A stretch of 64,000 bases of DNA from NCBI GenBank assembly GCA_018240585.1, contig JAFEFM010000540.1, positions 5,198 to 69,197 of the forward strand, given 5' to 3'. This DNA comes from Pseudomonadota bacterium. GTDB lineage: Bacteria > Pseudomonadota > Gammaproteobacteria > Burkholderiales > Rhodocyclaceae. This document shows, in pieces, positions 48,698-57,826 of this stretch (position 1 is the first letter of the stretch; the number at the start of each line of letters is the position of its first letter). The position numbers were made by a program, and so were the translations under genes. The notes under the pieces were generated by a model. The model did not search any database and was not told where the DNA came from. It worked only from the letters and a program-made list of their open reading frames with translations.

Positions 48698-50245
48698 TCA
48701 GTTTTCGCCGCCGGAAGCAAGGTTGAGATCGAGCTGACCGCCGTCGGCGTCGTCACTGCTGTCATTGTTGTCGCTGGTGGCAGGCTTGACCTCGCCACGC
48801 TGGTTCTCGACCCCGTTCAGGTATTCGACGGTGATGTCGCCGGTGATGTAGGAACCGTCGAAGCAGGACGTTTCGAAGAAGTTGATTGCCGGATTGACTG
48901 CGCGCACCGCGGCCTTCAGGTCATCCAGGTCCTGGTAGATCAGCCCGTCGGCACCGATCGCCTGGCAGATTTCCGCCTCGGTACGATCCGACGCGATCAG
49001 CTCCGAGCGCGTCGGCATGTCGATGCCATAGACGTTGGCGTGGCGCACCGGCGGCGCGGCCGACGCCAGGTACACCTTGGTCGCGCCCGCCTCGCGCGCC
49101 ATCGTGACGATCTCCTTGCTCGTGGTCCCGCGCACGATGGAATCGTCGACCAGCAGCACGCGCTTGCCGCGGAACTCCTGCGGAATGGTGTTCAGCTTCT
49201 GGCGCACCGACTTCCGCCGCGTGGCCTGGCCCGGCATGATGAAGGTGCGACCGATGTAGCGGTTCTTCACGAACCCCTCGCGGTACGGCAACCCGAGCCT
49301 GTGCGCCAGCTCCATGGCCGAAGGCCGGCTGGAGTCGGGGATCGGGATGACCACGTCGATGTCGAGATGCGGCTGGGTACGCTTCACCTTCTCCGCCAGG
49401 AACTCGCCCATCTTCACCCGCGATTCGTACACCGAGACGCCGTCGATGATCGAATCGGGCCGCGCGAGGTAGACGAACTCGAACATGCACGGCGCCTCGA
49501 CCGTCTTGGTGGCGCACTGACGGCTGTGGAAGTTGCCCTGGGTATCCACCAGCACCGCCTCGCCGGGTGCGACGTCGCGCAGCAACTTGAAACCTAGCAC
49601 ATCGACCGCCACCGATTCCGATGCGACCAGCCACTCGGTGCCCGCGCCGGTATCGTTGCGGCCGATGACCAGCGGACGGATGCCGTACGGATCACGGAAG
49701 GCCAGCAGGCCGTAGCCGGCAATCATCACCACCACCGCGTACGCGCCACGACAGCGCCGATGGACGCCCGCCACCGCGCGGAAAACCGCCTCCTCGTCGA
49801 GTTTGAGGCCGTTGCAGGCTGCCTGAAGCTCGTGCGCCAGCACGTTGAGCAGCACTTCCGAGTCGGAATTGGTGTTGATGTGGCGCAGGTCGGACAGGAA
49901 CATCTCGCGCTTGAGCGCGACGGAGTTCGTCAGGTTGCCGTTGTGCGCCAGCAGCAGGCCGAAGGGCGAATTCACGTAGAAAGGCTGCGCCTCCGCCGCG
50001 TTGTACGCCGAACCCGCGGTCGGATAGCGTACATGGGCAATGCCCCAGTTGCCGGCGAGGTTGCGCATGTTGCGGGTACGGAACACGTCCCGCACCAGGC
50101 CAGAACCCTTGTGCATGTGAAAGCGCCCGCCCTCGGACGTTGCGATCCCCGCAGCATCCTGGCCGCGATGCTGCAACACCTGCAGGCCGTCATACAGCAG
50201 TTGATTGACCGGAGAGGTGGCGACGACCCCAAGAATTCCGCACAT
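48698..50245 (-). CDS. purF: Amidophosphoribosyltransferase
   Basis: N-terminal MCG, QHRGQDAAG, LVDDSIVRGTT. Confidence 0.97.
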   Translation of the reverse strand: MCGILGVVATSPVNQLLYDGLQVLQHRGQDAAGIATSEGGRFHMHKGSGLVRDVFRTRNMRNLAGNWGIAHVRYPTAGSAYNAAEAQPFYVNSPFGLLLAHNGNLTNSVALKREMFLSDLRHINTNSDSEVLLNVLAHELQAACNGLKLDEEAVFRAVAGVHRRCRGAYAVVVMIAGYGLLAFRDPYGIRPLVIGRNDTGAGTEWLVASESVAVDVLGFKLLRDVAPGEAVLVDTQGNFHSRQCATKTVEAPCMFEFVYLARPDSIIDGVSVYESRVKMGEFLAEKVKRTQPHLDIDVVIPIPDSSRPSAMELAHRLGLPYREGFVKNRYIGRTFIMPGQATRRKSVRQKLNTIPQEFRGKRVLLVDDSIVRGTTSKEIVTMAREAGATKVYLASAAPPVRHANVYGIDMPTRSELIASDRTEAEICQAIGADGLIYQDLDDLKAAVRAVNPAINFFETSCFDGSYITGDITVEYLNGVENQRGEVKPATSDNNDSSDDADGGQLDLNLASGGEN

Positions 50246-50255
50246 GAAAACCTGC

Positions 50256-50747
50256 CTATCTGAAACGAACTTTGTCAGCTACCGCTTGCGGCAACCAGGG
50301 TTTGGCGGCGACCACCGCCGCTTCCATCGGCGGTGAGAACATCGCCTGAGTCCACCACGGCTGCGTCGACAGGCCGGCTAGCCCGCCGATCAGCACCGCG
50401 ATGAAGGCAACGGCAAGGCCGCGCAGGATCCCGAACAACGCACCGAAGAATCGATCCGCAGCACCCAGGCCGGCGGCCTGCAGCAGCTTGCGCAGCAGGA
50501 AACGAAGCAATGCCGCGACGAACAGCACACCGATGACGATCAGGGCGACCCCTGCGACCTGACGCCACACCGGCTCAGTGATGAAGCCGCTGAAAAGCTG
50601 CGCGGCGCTCTCGTTGTAACGCCACGCGGCGACCAGCGCAAGCACCCAGGCAAGCAAGGCCATCACTTCGCTGACGATACCCCGCCACAAACCGACCGCT
50701 GCCGAAACGCCGAGCACTCCCAGGAAGACGTAGTCGAAGGCCGTCAT
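50256..50747 (-). CDS. cvpA: Colicin V production protein CvpA
   Basis: MTAFDY, RGIVSE, DRFFGALFG; dedD-cvpA-purF synteny. Confidence 0.9.
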   Translation of the reverse strand: MTAFDYVFLGVLGVSAAVGLWRGIVSEVMALLAWVLALVAAWRYNESAAQLFSGFITEPVWRQVAGVALIVIGVLFVAALLRFLLRKLLQAAGLGAADRFFGALFGILRGLAVAFIAVLIGGLAGLSTQPWWTQAMFSPPMEAAVVAAKPWLPQAVADKVRFR

Positions 50748-50755
50748 GACTCAGC

Positions 50756-51475
50756 TCAGCGCGGGCTCACTGCCGGCGAATATCCCTGTGCCTTGAGCCT
50801 TGCCGCCATCTTCTCGGCAGCATCGCGGCCATCCGGCGCGCCGATGCGCACGCGCGTTACGCTGCCGGCCCTTTCGGTGTAGGCGGCGAACCCCTGCTTC
50901 TTGAGTTCGGCGGCGATGCGGGCAGCCTTTTCGGCATCGCCGAAGGCACCGACCTGTACGACGTAGGCATCGCGGCGCGGTGCGGGTTCCTCGCCGCCAA
51001 GCGCTGCACGCGCCCTTGCCGCCTCCGCAGCGGCCGCCTCGGGAGGCACTGGCTTCGCAGGCTTGGGCTCGACCTTCGGCTCGGGCTTGGGATCACTGCG
51101 CACGTCGGACTTTACGGGCGGCTTGACCTCGGGCCTGGACTCGACCCGGGCAGCGGACCGTGGCACTTCGGCAGGCACAGGGCCCGGCGGCGCCTTGGCC
51201 GCGGGTTCGTCCGGCACCGCACTCGTGGCCGGCACCTCCTCCGGAGGCGAGGCGACGGCGTCGGTCGCCGCCTGCTCGGTGCTGCCGATGGGTCGCGACA
51301 GCGCGCTGTCCGCGTCCCGGTCGGGGATGGAGACCTGAATGTCCTGGCTCACCGGACGGGGCTCCTGGTCCATCATCATCGGCAGCACGACGGCGGCCAG
51401 CAGCGCGAGCGCCGCTGCGCCGACAAGGCGCCTGCGCGCGCGCTTCTTGATCTCTAGATTGTCTGCGTCGCTCAC
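50756..51475 (-). CDS. dedD: SPOR-domain cell division protein (DedD-like)
   Basis: RRRLVGA TM start, Pro-rich linker, VQVGAF SPOR domain. Confidence 0.85.
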   Translation of the reverse strand: MSDADNLEIKKRARRRLVGAAALALLAAVVLPMMMDQEPRPVSQDIQVSIPDRDADSALSRPIGSTEQAATDAVASPPEEVPATSAVPDEPAAKAPPGPVPAEVPRSAARVESRPEVKPPVKSDVRSDPKPEPKVEPKPAKPVPPEAAAAEAARARAALGGEEPAPRRDAYVVQVGAFGDAEKAARIAAELKKQGFAAYTERAGSVTRVRIGAPDGRDAAEKMAARLKAQGYSPAVSPR

Positions 51476-51487
51476 CGGAGCACTCTG

Positions 51488-52798
51488 TCAGTGACGTTCG
51501 GCCCGGATCGCCGCGAGCACGTCCGCGACAGTCAGGAAAGAGCCGAAAACCACAATTCTATCACCCTCGGCAGCACTCTTTTGCGCTGCGGCATAAGCTT
51601 CCGCAGGCGCGCCGAAACAGCGAATGTCGGCGTCGATCCCAGCGGCGCGCAGGCGCAGCGCCAGCTCCTCGGCCTTGAGCCCGCGCGGCCCGGGCAGATC
51701 AGCGAGCAGCCAGTGGTCGACACGTCCGCGCATCAGCGCGATGACGCCGTCCACATCCTTGTCGCGCAGCATCCCGAGGACGGCATGGGTCTCCGGATAG
51801 AAGCCCATGCTGCCGAGGTTCTCGACCAGCACCCCTGCCGCCTGCGGGTTGTGCGCGACGTCGAGCACCACGGCGGGGCGGCCGGGCAACACCTGAAAGC
51901 GACCAGGGACGTCGACCAGCATCAAGCCCTGCCGGATCGCCTGCATGGAAACCGGGGCGCGGTCACGCAGCGTATCCAGGGCGGTGATCACTGCCGCCGC
52001 ATTGAGCAACTGGTTGGCGCCGCGCAGGGACGGATAGGCCAGCCCGGCGCGCTTGACCAGCGCGCCTTGCGCGGGCGGCTCACCGTAGCGCCAGTAGCCC
52101 CATTGCTGCCGGTCGCCACCGAAACCGAAGTCGCGCCCGCTGACCCACAATCGCGCCCCGATCGCCTCCGCATGTGCCATCAGCGAGGCCGGTGGCTGCG
52201 GATCGCCGCATACGGCCGGGCGCCCGGCGCGGAAGATGCCTGCCTTCTCGTACCCGATCGCCTCGCGCGTGTCGCCGAGATAATCCATATGGTCCATCGC
52301 CACACTGGTGACGATGGCGCAGTCGGCGTCGAAGACATTGACGGCGTCGAGCCGCCCGCCCAGGCCGACCTCGAGGATGATCACGTCCGGCGCCGACTGC
52401 TGGAAGACCGACCACGCCGCCAGCGTGCCGTGTTCGAAATAGGTCAGCGGCGTGTCGCCACGTGCCGCCTCGACGCGGGCAAAGGCCGCGACGAGCTGCT
52501 CGTCGCCCACCTCCTTGCCATCGATGCGGACCCGCTCGTTGTAGCGCAGCAGGTGCGGCGAGGTGTAGCAGCCAACGCGGTAGCCTTCGGCGAGCAGGAT
52601 CGACTCGAGCATGGCACAGGTCGAGCCCTTGCCATTGGTGCCACCGACCGTGATGATCACCGACTCCCGGTCGGCACCGAGCGCCGCCCTGACTGCACGG
52701 ACGCGTTCCAGCCCGAGCTTGATGGTTTGTACGTGCCGCCCTTCGAGGAGGGCGAGCCATTGGTCCAGCGTTTGCGGCAACGACATCTGCGGCATCAC
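51488..52798 (-). CDS. folC: Folylpolyglutamate/dihydrofolate synthase
   Basis: GTNGKGS, TSPHL, LEVGLGGRLDA, DVAHN. Confidence 0.95.
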   Translation of the reverse strand: MMPQMSLPQTLDQWLALLEGRHVQTIKLGLERVRAVRAALGADRESVIITVGGTNGKGSTCAMLESILLAEGYRVGCYTSPHLLRYNERVRIDGKEVGDEQLVAAFARVEAARGDTPLTYFEHGTLAAWSVFQQSAPDVIILEVGLGGRLDAVNVFDADCAIVTSVAMDHMDYLGDTREAIGYEKAGIFRAGRPAVCGDPQPPASLMAHAEAIGARLWVSGRDFGFGGDRQQWGYWRYGEPPAQGALVKRAGLAYPSLRGANQLLNAAAVITALDTLRDRAPVSMQAIRQGLMLVDVPGRFQVLPGRPAVVLDVAHNPQAAGVLVENLGSMGFYPETHAVLGMLRDKDVDGVIALMRGRVDHWLLADLPGPRGLKAEELALRLRAAGIDADIRCFGAPAEAYAAAQKSAAEGDRIVVFGSFLTVADVLAAIRAERH

Positions 52799-52807
52799 CC
52801 TCGCGCG

Positions 52808-53680
52808 TCAGGAGCCGACGGGCGCCTGCCGCATGAGCAGGGCCAGCAGCTTGGCCAGTTGGTCGCGCATCTGGCGGCGATCGACGATCATGTCGATCGC
52901 GCCCTTCTCGAGCAGGAACTCCGAGCGCTGGAAGCCCTCCGGCAATTTCTCGCGCACCGTCTGCTCGATCACGCGCGGACCGGCGAAGCCGATCAGCGCA
53001 CCCGGTTCGGCAATGACCACGTCGCCCATGAAGGCAAAGCTCGCCGACACGCCGCCCATCGTCGGATCGGTCAGCACAGTCACGAAGGGCAGCTTGCGCT
53101 CCGCGAGCTGGGTGATGGAGGCAGTGGTCTTGGCCATCTGCATCAGCGAAAAGAGCCCTTCCTGCATGCGCGCGCCGCCCGAGGCGGTGACGCAGATGAA
53201 GGGCACGCGCTGCTCGAGGGCCGCACGCACGCCGCGCACGAAACGCTCGCCGACGACGGACCCCATGGAGCCGCCGAGAAATTCGAACTCGAAGCAGGCA
53301 ACGACCACCGGCACCGTCAGGATCGCGCCCTGCATCACGACCATCGCGTCCGCCTCTCCCGTGTCGGACACTGCAGCCGAGAGGCGCTCGGGGTATTTGC
53401 GCGAATCCTTGAACTTCAGCGGGTCGACCGGAATGACCTCCGCGCCGATCTCGAAGCGCCCCTCGGCATCGAGCAGCAGATCCAGACGCTGGCGCGCCCG
53501 CAGCCTCTGATGGTGGCCGCACTTGGGGCAGACGTTCAGGTTGCTCTCGAGATCGGAACGGTACAGCACCGCTTCGCAGGCGGAGCACTTGCTCCACAGC
53601 CCTTCCGGAATGGATTTGTTGCGGTTCGCCGATTCGCTGCGCTTGATCTTGGGCGGCAGCAGCTTTTGCAGCCAGCTCAT
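52808..53680 (-). CDS. accD: Acetyl-CoA carboxylase carboxyltransferase beta
   Basis: Zn finger CSAC...[17 protein letters not shown]. Confidence 0.96.
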   Translation of the reverse strand: MSWLQKLLPPKIKRSESANRNKSIPEGLWSKCSACEAVLYRSDLESNLNVCPKCGHHQRLRARQRLDLLLDAEGRFEIGAEVIPVDPLKFKDSRKYPERLSAAVSDTGEADAMVVMQGAILTVPVVVACFEFEFLGGSMGSVVGERFVRGVRAALEQRVPFICVTASGGARMQEGLFSLMQMAKTTASITQLAERKLPFVTVLTDPTMGGVSASFAFMGDVVIAEPGALIGFAGPRVIEQTVREKLPEGFQRSEFLLEKGAIDMIVDRRQMRDQLAKLLALLMRQAPVGS

Positions 53681-54501
53681 GATTTGGCTCCTGGCGCGGG
53701 CGCAAGCGTGTCGAGCGCCTCGCGAATGCCGCGCATGAACGCGGTGACGTTGGCCACCGCCGCATCCCGCGGGCTCTGTTCGATTTCCTCGATGATGCGG
53801 CTGCCGATCACCACCGCATCGGCCACCGCACCGATGCTCTTCGCGCTCGCCGCATCACGGATGCCGAACCCGACCCCCACCGGCATGCCGACCGCCGAGC
53901 GGATCGCCGGGATGCGACGCGCAACCTCGTCGAGGTCGAGCTTGCCGCTGCCGGTCACGCCCTTCAGCGACACATAGTAGATGTAGCCGCTGCCGGCGCG
54001 CGCCACGTCGGCAAAGCGCTGCTCGGTGGACGTCGGCGCCAGCAGGAAGATCGGATCGAGACCGGCCGCCCTCGCCGAGGCGGCGAACTGCACGCACTCC
54101 TCGGGCGGATAGTCGACCACCAACACGCCATCGACACCCGCCGCCCTCGCGTCGGCGACGAAGCGATCGACGCCCATGGCTTCGATCGGGTTGGCGTAGC
54201 CCATCAGCACCACCGGGGTGTCGGCGTCCTCGGTGCGAAACGTGCGCACGATGTCGAACACCTTGCGCAGGCTCATGCCCTGCGCCAGCGCGCGCTCGGA
54301 AGCGCGCTGTATGGTCGGGCCGTCGGCCATCGGATCGGAAAACGGCACGCCGAGCTCGATGATGTCGGCACCGCCCGCCACCAGGGCGCGCATCAGCGGT
54401 ACCGTGAGCGCGGGATCGGGATCGCCTGCGGTGATGAAGGGGATCAGCGCCTTGCGGCCCGCGCCCTGCAGCCGCTGGAATGTGGATTGAATTTTCGACA
54501 T
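53677..54501 (-). CDS. trpA: Tryptophan synthase alpha
   Basis: [26 protein letters not shown]. Confidence 0.96.
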   Translation of the reverse strand: MSKIQSTFQRLQGAGRKALIPFITAGDPDPALTVPLMRALVAGGADIIELGVPFSDPMADGPTIQRASERALAQGMSLRKVFDIVRTFRTEDADTPVVLMGYANPIEAMGVDRFVADARAAGVDGVLVVDYPPEECVQFAASARAAGLDPIFLLAPTSTEQRFADVARAGSGYIYYVSLKGVTGSGKLDLDEVARRIPAIRSAVGMPVGVGFGIRDAASAKSIGAVADAVVIGSRIIEEIEQSPRDAAVANVTAFMRGIREALDTLAPAPGAKS

Positions 54502-54542
54502 GTCGGAGTCAGGACGGGCCGCATCGCGGCCCGAGAGAATGA

Positions 54543-55757
54543 TCAGAACTGGATGCCCGAACGATCGGCGACCGTGTGCATGTCCTTGTCGCCGCGCCCG
54601 GACAGGTTCACCAGCAGGACACGGTCCCGCGGCAGCGTCGGCGCGAGCTTGGCGGCGTAGGCGAGCGCATGCGAGGACTCCAGCGCCGGAATGATGCCTT
54701 CTAGCCGGCACAGGTCGTGAAAGGCCTGCAGCGCCTCGGCGTCGGTCACCGCAACGTACTCCGCTCGATGGGAATCCTTGAGCCAGGCATGCTCCGGGCC
54801 GACGCCGGGGTAGTCGAGGCCGGCCGAAATCGAATGCGTCTCGATGATCTGGCCGTCGTCGTTCTGCATCAGGTAGGTACGGTTGCCGTGCAGCACGCCA
54901 GGCTTGGCATTGGCGGTGAGCGGCGCGGCGTGGCGCCCGGTGGCGATGCCTTCGCCCGCAGCTTCCACGCCGACGAGCTTGACGCCCGGCACGTCCAGAT
55001 ACGGATGGAAGATCCCGATGGCGTTGGAACCGCCTCCCACGCAGGCAAGCACATAATCAGGCTGGCGGCCGATCAATTCGGGCATCTGCACCAGGCATTC
55101 CTTGCCGATCACCGTCTGGAAGTCGCGCACCATCATCGGATAGGGATGTGGTCCGGCGACGGTACCGATGATGTAGAAGGTGTCTGCGATGTTGGTGACC
55201 CAGTCGCGCATCGCCTCGTTCAGGGCATCCTTCAGCGTCTTCGAGCCGGATTCGACGGGCACCACGGTCGCGCCCAGCAGCTTCATCCGGTAGACGTTTG
55301 CGGCTTGCCGCTTGACGTCCTCCGAGCCCATATAGACCACGCACTGCATGCCGTAGCGCGCGGCGACCGTCGCCGTGGCCACACCGTGCTGCCCCGCACC
55401 GGTCTCGGCGATCACTCGCGGCTTGCCCATGCGGCGCGCGACCAGCGCCTGGCCGATGCAGTTGTTCACCTTGTGCGCGCCGGTGTGATTCAGGTCTTCG
55501 CGCTTCAGATAGATCTGCGCGCCACCGAGTTTTTCCGACAGGCGCCGGGCGTGATAGATCGGGCTCGGACGGCCGACGAAATGCTTCAGCTCATATTCGA
55601 ACTCGGCGGTGAAGGCCGGGTCCTTCTGGCAGGCCTCGTAGGCCCCGCGCAGTTCGACCAGCGCCGGAATCAGGGTTTCGGCAACGAAAATACCGCCATA
55701 AGGCCCAAAGTGGCCGCTGGCGTCGGGAAACTGGTAAGGCGTATCAGCCATCTGCAT
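54543..55757 (-). CDS. trpB: Tryptophan synthase beta
   Basis: [41 protein letters not shown]. Confidence 0.97.
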   Translation of the reverse strand: MQMADTPYQFPDASGHFGPYGGIFVAETLIPALVELRGAYEACQKDPAFTAEFEYELKHFVGRPSPIYHARRLSEKLGGAQIYLKREDLNHTGAHKVNNCIGQALVARRMGKPRVIAETGAGQHGVATATVAARYGMQCVVYMGSEDVKRQAANVYRMKLLGATVVPVESGSKTLKDALNEAMRDWVTNIADTFYIIGTVAGPHPYPMMVRDFQTVIGKECLVQMPELIGRQPDYVLACVGGGSNAIGIFHPYLDVPGVKLVGVEAAGEGIATGRHAAPLTANAKPGVLHGNRTYLMQNDDGQIIETHSISAGLDYPGVGPEHAWLKDSHRAEYVAVTDAEALQAFHDLCRLEGIIPALESSHALAYAAKLAPTLPRDRVLLVNLSGRGDKDMHTVADRSGIQF

Positions 55758-56367
55758 GTCGAACTCCGGCGATGAATGCGGCGATCTTCGCCGCATCCTT
55801 GATTCCCTTTGCACTCTCCACTCCGCTGGACACATCGACTGCCCACGGACGCACGCGACGCACTGCCTCGCCAACGTTGTCGGCATCGAGGCCGCCGGAC
55901 AGGATCAGCGGTCGCCCGAAGGCCGCGGGGATCAGTGACCAGTCGAAGGTCCTGCCGCCTCCGCCATAGCCGTCGACGAAGGCATCCAGGAGAATGCCCC
56001 GCGCACCGGGATGCAAAGTCGAGAATTCTAGCAGATCGACCCCCGCCCGCATCCGTGCCGCCTTGATCCAGGGCCGCCCGTGACGCGCGCAATCGCCCTC
56101 CGATTCTTCCCCGTGGAACTGCAGCAGTTGCAGCGGCACGCGTGACAACGCCTCGGACACGAAAGCCGCCTCGGGGTTCACGAAGAGACCCACCGCAGTC
56201 ACGAACGGCGGCAAGAGCGCAGCGAGTTCCGCCGCGCGGTCGAAGCTCACCGCCCGCGGACTGGGAGGATAGAACACGAAGCCGATGGCGTCGGCCCCCT
56301 GCTCGACGGCCGCGCGCACGTCCTCGGCCCGCGTGAGGCCGCAAATCTTGATTCGGGTTCGGGACAT
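55744..56367 (-). CDS. trpF: Phosphoribosylanthranilate isomerase
   Basis: IKICGLT, QFHGEE, GGLD, DVSSGVE. Confidence 0.95.
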   Translation of the reverse strand: MSRTRIKICGLTRAEDVRAAVEQGADAIGFVFYPPSPRAVSFDRAAELAALLPPFVTAVGLFVNPEAAFVSEALSRVPLQLLQFHGEESEGDCARHGRPWIKAARMRAGVDLLEFSTLHPGARGILLDAFVDGYGGGGRTFDWSLIPAAFGRPLILSGGLDADNVGEAVRRVRPWAVDVSSGVESAKGIKDAAKIAAFIAGVRHADG

Positions 56368-57165
56368 TCAGATCAGGGGGAGCTGGGGCAGCGCGATGAT
56401 ACGCCCATCGCCGGGCAGCGGCCATCGCGCGGGATAGCTCACACCGCACAGGTACAGGCCGTCGGGGGCGAAAGTCGGTGCCGCAAGGCTGCGATCGCGG
56501 GCCGCCAGCACTTCGGCCATCCACTCTGGGGCGTACCGGCCCTTGCCCACATAAACCAGTGCGCCAACGAGGTTGCGGATCATGTGATGCAGAAAGCCAT
56601 CGGCGCGGAAGTCGAACACCAGGAAGTCGCCCACACGGCGCACGCTCGCCTCGTGCATCAGCCGGACCGGGCTTCGTGCCTGGCAGCCGGCGGCGCGGAA
56701 GGTCGTGAAATCGTGCGAGCCAAGCAGATGGCGCACCGCTCTGGCCATCGCGGACTCGTCGAGCGGCACATGGAACCACCCCACCCTCCCCGCCAGCAAT
56801 GCCGGCCGCGTGGGGGCATTGAACAGCACGTAGCGGTAGCGCCGCTCGTAGGCGAGGAAACGGGCGTGAAAGTCCTCACCCACCGTCACGGCCCAACGAA
56901 TCACGACCGCCGGCGGCAAATGTGCGTTGACGCCGCGCACCCACGCCGAGTGCGGCCGGGCGGCGGAGGTATCGAAATGCACGACCTGGGCGGTTGCATG
57001 CACCCCGGTGTCGGTACGGCCGGCACAGTGCAGCCGCACCGGCTCCCCCGCGATCCTCATCAGTGCGGTTTCGAGCGCGTCCTGCACCGTGCGCCCGTGC
57101 GCCTGGCTCTGCCAGCCTTCGAAGGCATCACCAGCGTATTCCACGCCCAGCGCGATGCGCGTCAT
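56368..57165 (-). CDS. truA: tRNA pseudouridine(38-40) synthase
   Basis: AGRTDTGVHA, FLHHMIRN, APTF.P.GL. Confidence 0.95.
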   Translation of the reverse strand: MTRIALGVEYAGDAFEGWQSQAHGRTVQDALETALMRIAGEPVRLHCAGRTDTGVHATAQVVHFDTSAARPHSAWVRGVNAHLPPAVVIRWAVTVGEDFHARFLAYERRYRYVLFNAPTRPALLAGRVGWFHVPLDESAMARAVRHLLGSHDFTTFRAAGCQARSPVRLMHEASVRRVGDFLVFDFRADGFLHHMIRNLVGALVYVGKGRYAPEWMAEVLAARDRSLAAPTFAPDGLYLCGVSYPARWPLPGDGRIIALPQLPLI

Positions 57166-57767
57166 GCGAGCCCCCACCACAGCAACCCGCCCAGCACGCA
57201 TGCGCCAAGCACCACGTCGCGCATGCCGATCTGCTCGATTGCGAGATGCAAACGCTCCGCATCGGGGGCGGGCCCTTCGCCGAGCAACCAGGCACGCCAG
57301 TCGCCAAGACCATCTTCAGTCGAGAACTCGACGTAGCGCAGGACGAGAAGCAGACGCACCGACGCACGGTCCGCGGGCAAGCCGACCCAGCCCAATGGAC
57401 GACACAAGGCGCGCAACCCGCCCACCAGCCGCTCTGGCGGGAGCCGCTCGAGGAGCATCGCAACGCTGCTCAGCACCGTGAATAGACGCGCAAGGTGCTC
57501 GGCCGCCAGGCGCAGGCCCTCATGTGTGGGGCTGATGCGCGGCCAGGCGGCAAGGATCGCCTCGCCCGGCGTGAACCACGCAAACAGCACGAAAATCGCA
57601 AGCAGCAGGAAGCGCGTGCGGCGCAACAAGCGCAGCAGACGCGAACGAGCGAGGACACAAGAGAACAGAGCACAGCCGAGCGCGACACCGGCGAGCACAC
57701 TCACCGGCAGGAACTGCACGAGCGCCACACCGACCAGCCAAAGCAGAATAAGGAAGCCGGAATGCAT
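57162..57767 (-). CDS. CbiQ/EcfT-like membrane protein (orphan, short)
   Basis: Multiple TM helices, LLRRTRFLL, FTPGE, EGL..A.EHLARL; stop overlaps the truA start. Confidence 0.6.
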   Translation of the reverse strand: MHSGFLILLWLVGVALVQFLPVSVLAGVALGCALFSCVLARSRLLRLLRRTRFLLLAIFVLFAWFTPGEAILAAWPRISPTHEGLRLAAEHLARLFTVLSSVAMLLERLPPERLVGGLRALCRPLGWVGLPADRASVRLLLVLRYVEFSTEDGLGDWRAWLLGEGPAPDAERLHLAIEQIGMRDVVLGACVLGGLLWWGLA

Positions 57768-57826
57768 CGTCCTGGAGCGGCCGGCGGCGTTCACCCGAAT
57801 GAGGTGTCACACCTTCACGAAGAGGC

